DNA of 64,000 bases. Source: Takakia lepidozioides (taxonomy: Eukaryota > Plantae > Bryophyta). Position numbers and translations under genes: made by a program. This document shows, in pieces, positions 60,498 through 64,000 of the stretch (position 1 is its first letter; each line of letters begins with the position of its first letter). The stretch covers positions 73,966,001 to 74,030,000 of the forward strand of contig CM060733.1 in the NCBI GenBank assembly GCA_030704615.1. Reading direction: 5' to 3'. The notes below the pieces were generated by a model. That model saw only the letters and a list, made by a program, of their open reading frames with translations. It ran no database searches and was not told the origin of the DNA.

Positions 60498-60934
60498 TAC
60501 GTTGTTAAATCTTGATTTCTACTAGCTAGGGATCTTGACTGGTATTGGATGGTTTGATGGCAGGAAGAGACCACACTGATTCCTGATGAACCAAGCATTG
60601 GAGATGTGCTGATTTGCTTCAGCAGACGCACACCAAATGCACACGCAGACCCTTGTTTGTACTTCTTCAACCCTGCTTGGAGAATAGCGAATGGTGATAT
60701 TCTTAGAGTGATACATACTGGTGGAAGAACAACCATAGCACTTTGGATAAGAGAGTTAGGAAGGTGGGTGAAGATAAATACCATGGCACGAGAGGTGACA
60801 TGGGGAGGTAGAGTAGAGATGTTGCGAAATGGACAGTGGGAGTGGTATAGAGGTCAACATTAAGGGAGTTGCGGGAAAATTAGAGTCAGAATTAGGTGTT
60901 GAAACAGTTTGAACTTTGACTAGAGAATAGAAGG

Positions 60935-63900
60935 ATGACCAGTCCAACCAGCATAGATGCGCCTTATCATGGTAGGAATAGTGAGGATGTAAATGACTGG
61001 CTGGAGAGAATTCAGATGGAGGCAGATGTCAGGGATTTGAATGAGGACAAAACTTTCAAGGTAGCAAGGCTCAACCTGAGAGCCAAGGCTGATGAATGGT
61101 ACCGTAAACAAACCCTAGACCAAACAACTGGGTGGACTTCAGGGCAGCAATTTCAGCCAAGTTTGGTATCGTTGACTTGGCAGAAATTAGGCTAAGAATG
61201 GATACCATTAAACAGGAGAGTAGACAAAGGGTTCAAACATACTTCGATAGGTTGAACCGGTTATTTATAAGAAGTGGGGCGTCTGATTTGGAACAGAGGC
61301 GTAGATTTGCAGCAGGTTTGAGACCAGAAATAGCAAGAGTAATGCTGGGCAGGCGCTTCCTTGATGTAGAGGAAGCACTTGACACAGCCATTGAGATTGA
61401 AAGGGGCCTGGGAAAGTTAGGGGAAATACCTCTAGAGCCATTGGAAGGAGATGATACAGATGAGTCAGTTGTGTTTGTTAACCCTGTGGACAGAAGACTT
61501 GATCAGCTGAACACTACCCTACAGAAGTACTTTGATAGGGGACCAGTCATAGGAGAAAGCTCGGGATCTAGAACACCACCTCGTGTTCGCCTTTGTAATG
61601 TTTGTCACAAAGAAGGTCACATAGCTGCATATTGTCCTGAAGGAAGAACCCCAGCTAAGTGTGACAAATGTCACCGGTTCGGGCATTCCCACGGAAATGT
61701 GTGGTGTGAGATGCAACTTTTGCAAGCTACTCGGGCATACGGAGAGTGAGTGCAGTAGAAAACTCGACCAAACTATGATGGGAACTCCGGGAACTAACTT
61801 TGTAGATGTGTTCTATGATGATGAGGATGATGTACTCGCAGAGATGACAGATCTGATGTCACGAAATAGTATCAATGAAGTCAGACTTCCAAGGACACGC
61901 ATACCTGTCCAGAGTCCGATTGTTGAACCTACAGGGTCACCAGAAAGGAATAGTGAGAGCAGTGAACAGCCAAGCAAGACCAAGAGTGAAATCTACCCAA
62001 AGAACAATTTCAAGAATGCTATAGAAGGAGGTACGAAATCCAGAATCTTGAACCACTTCTACAAAGGGAGAATATCGTTGTCGCCCATGGACCTGATCAT
62101 GACTGTGCCCGGAGAGCTAGACAAATTAAAAGGGCTGGTCAAAGTGGTGGAAAGAGCAATGGTCCAACAAAGGGAGACAACTCACAGTGTAGAAGTTGTG
62201 AAGGATGTACCAAGGCCTTTGTACTCAGCACACGCTGAGCCCACGATCTCGTATGCTTATACTGGTAAGGTTAAAGCGCTTCATGTAATGATTACAATGG
62301 GAGATTACCAAGTATTAGGCCAGATTGACACTGGTGCCATGCTTTCTGTAATATCAGCTAGTACAGTCAGGGATCTTGGTTTGATGGGATCTGTCATTAC
62401 TAGTAAGGATGTAAATTACAGAGTAGCCTCAGGTGCTCTTGAGACTGCAATGGGCAGACTTGAGGACATCAAGGTCAAAGTAGGAGAACTGACCAATCGT
62501 TTGTCCTTTATGGTGGTGAACACGGATACATATCACTGCTGGGATTAGACTTTCTCAAAAAGTTTGGCGCTGTAGTGGACACCGAAGCTGAAACAATTCG
62601 CGTACGCTATGGGCCAGGAAAGGATTTTGCTCACTTCCCTTTGCACACCATCAATTATAATGAGCTGCAGTTACCAAAACAGCCTACCATAGAGGGGTCG
62701 AGAGTAGAATGAGATATGCAAGCAGTACGTCAGCAGGTAATGTCTAACCCTGACGTCAGATGAACAGTACCTAGGCTTGTGGGAGAAGAAAAGAAAACCA
62801 GAGGAAGAATATGAGGACACGGAGGAAGCATCCTCAGGTTCTGACACCTCTAAATCTGATAAAGATGAGGAGATGGGAGGCTCTGAGGAGAGTAAGGAGG
62901 TAGAAACAGCACTGAGGGATGTTGAGGAAATAATAGACGAGGTCAACCTAGGGGAGACTTGTTCGAGGACCAAGGGATGTCTGAACTCCTTCAGGAAGAG
63001 ACCCATAAGAGCATGGCTGCTGCCATAATACAGGAAGCTTACCAGAAAGCTTGGAATGGTGAACTAGGGAACAACAACCTAGAAATAGAGGATGACTTCC
63101 ATGATTGGAATCAGGTTGTCACACAAGAGGAAGGACAGAGAATGGCTAACTCTGTAAGCCAGGTGGAGAAAAAAAATTGGGAACCCAGTCAAGAGGAAGA
63201 AATGGAGAGTCGTTGGAGAAGTCTGAAATCCAGACTGCACATCAACCCAGAACTGGCCCCAGAACATAGGATAGAGCTGGAACAAGAGCTGAAAGCAAAC
63301 CAGGAATGCTTTGCTCTTAGCAAGGCTGACTTGGGATACTGCAGTGAGGTGGAACACACAATTGACACACAAGGTTTTCCCCCTTGCAGAAGTCGTCCCA
63401 GCCGCCTATCAGAATGGGAGGAAGACGAGGTCCAAGGACAAATTGAGACTTTGATCTCACAAGGCAAGATGAGAGAGAGTAGCTCAGAATGGTCGTGTCC
63501 AGTTACCCTTCCACCAAAAAAGGATGGATCCAAGCGGTTTTGTGGTGATTTTAGGCCAGTAAACCGTTTAACCAGAAGGGACTCTTACCCTATGCCATTG
63601 ATTCAGGATGTTTTAAACCAGTTGGGGAAAGCCAAGTGGTTTTCTGCGCTGGATTTACAATCTGGTTTTTGGCAGATCAAAATGGACGACCGAGACATAG
63701 GCAAAACAGCAGTGATCACAAAGAAGGGATTGTATGAATGGCTAGTCATGCCATTCGGGCTAAAAAATGCCACTGCTACCTTTCAGAGAACGATGAATAG
63801 GGTTCTCAAGGAAGAAATCAAAGATTGCGCTAAAGTTTTTGTAGATGACGTCAATATCCATAGCAAGGACTGGGGAGATCACGTGGGACATATAAAGAGA

Positions 63901-64000
63901 GTATTGAGCAAGGTTAGAAAGGCCAATCTTAGGCTCAATCCGGACAAGTGTTTACTTTGCCAACTTACAGTTGGCGGCATGTGATCTCTGAAGAGGGAAC
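60935..64000 (+). mobile_element. Ty3/gypsy element C gag-PR-RT (frameshifted; runs off the window end)
   Basis: YHG..DV.DWL; three CCHC knuckles; QIDTGA; PKKDGSKRFCGDFR; LDLQSGFWQI; MPFGLKNA; FVDD. Confidence 0.92.

Overview
The window is four separate contigs joined by 500-N spacers (1-2384, 2885-25906, 26407-41406, 41907-64000). It comes from a bryophyte-grade land plant, and frequent single-base indels point to an error-prone assembly and/or decayed TEs. Contig 3 is plastid DNA (ndhF 3' end, IR with trnN/trnR/rrn5/rrn4.5/rrn23/trnA/trnI/rrn16/trnV, then trnI-CAU, rpl23, rpl2, rps19, rpl22, rps3) with many codons that imply C-to-U editing. The other three are TE-rich nuclear DNA. Two candidate mobile epigenetic systems stand out. 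(1) A Mutator-like (GCM-type Zn/DDE/SWIM) transposase gene sits head-to-head with a spliced ParB/Srx-domain (DGNHR) gene. Between them are about 26 palindromes at a ~53-bp pitch, and related palindrome arrays recur at 96-bp and 146-bp pitch. A homolog of this gene's C-terminus on contig 1 continues into a beta-class amino-(N6A/N4C)-methyltransferase fold, which suggests a phage-like ParB-MTase fusion carried as transposon cargo. (2) A Ty3/gypsy element encodes a C5-cytosine DNA methyltransferase after its protease and a PHD finger after its integrase. In this copy the DNMT catalytic core is inverted and RT/RNase H are almost fully deleted. It is nested in the LTR of a chromovirus, which is itself inserted in a ~120-bp satellite. 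All domain calls come from reading motifs by eye, with no database searches.
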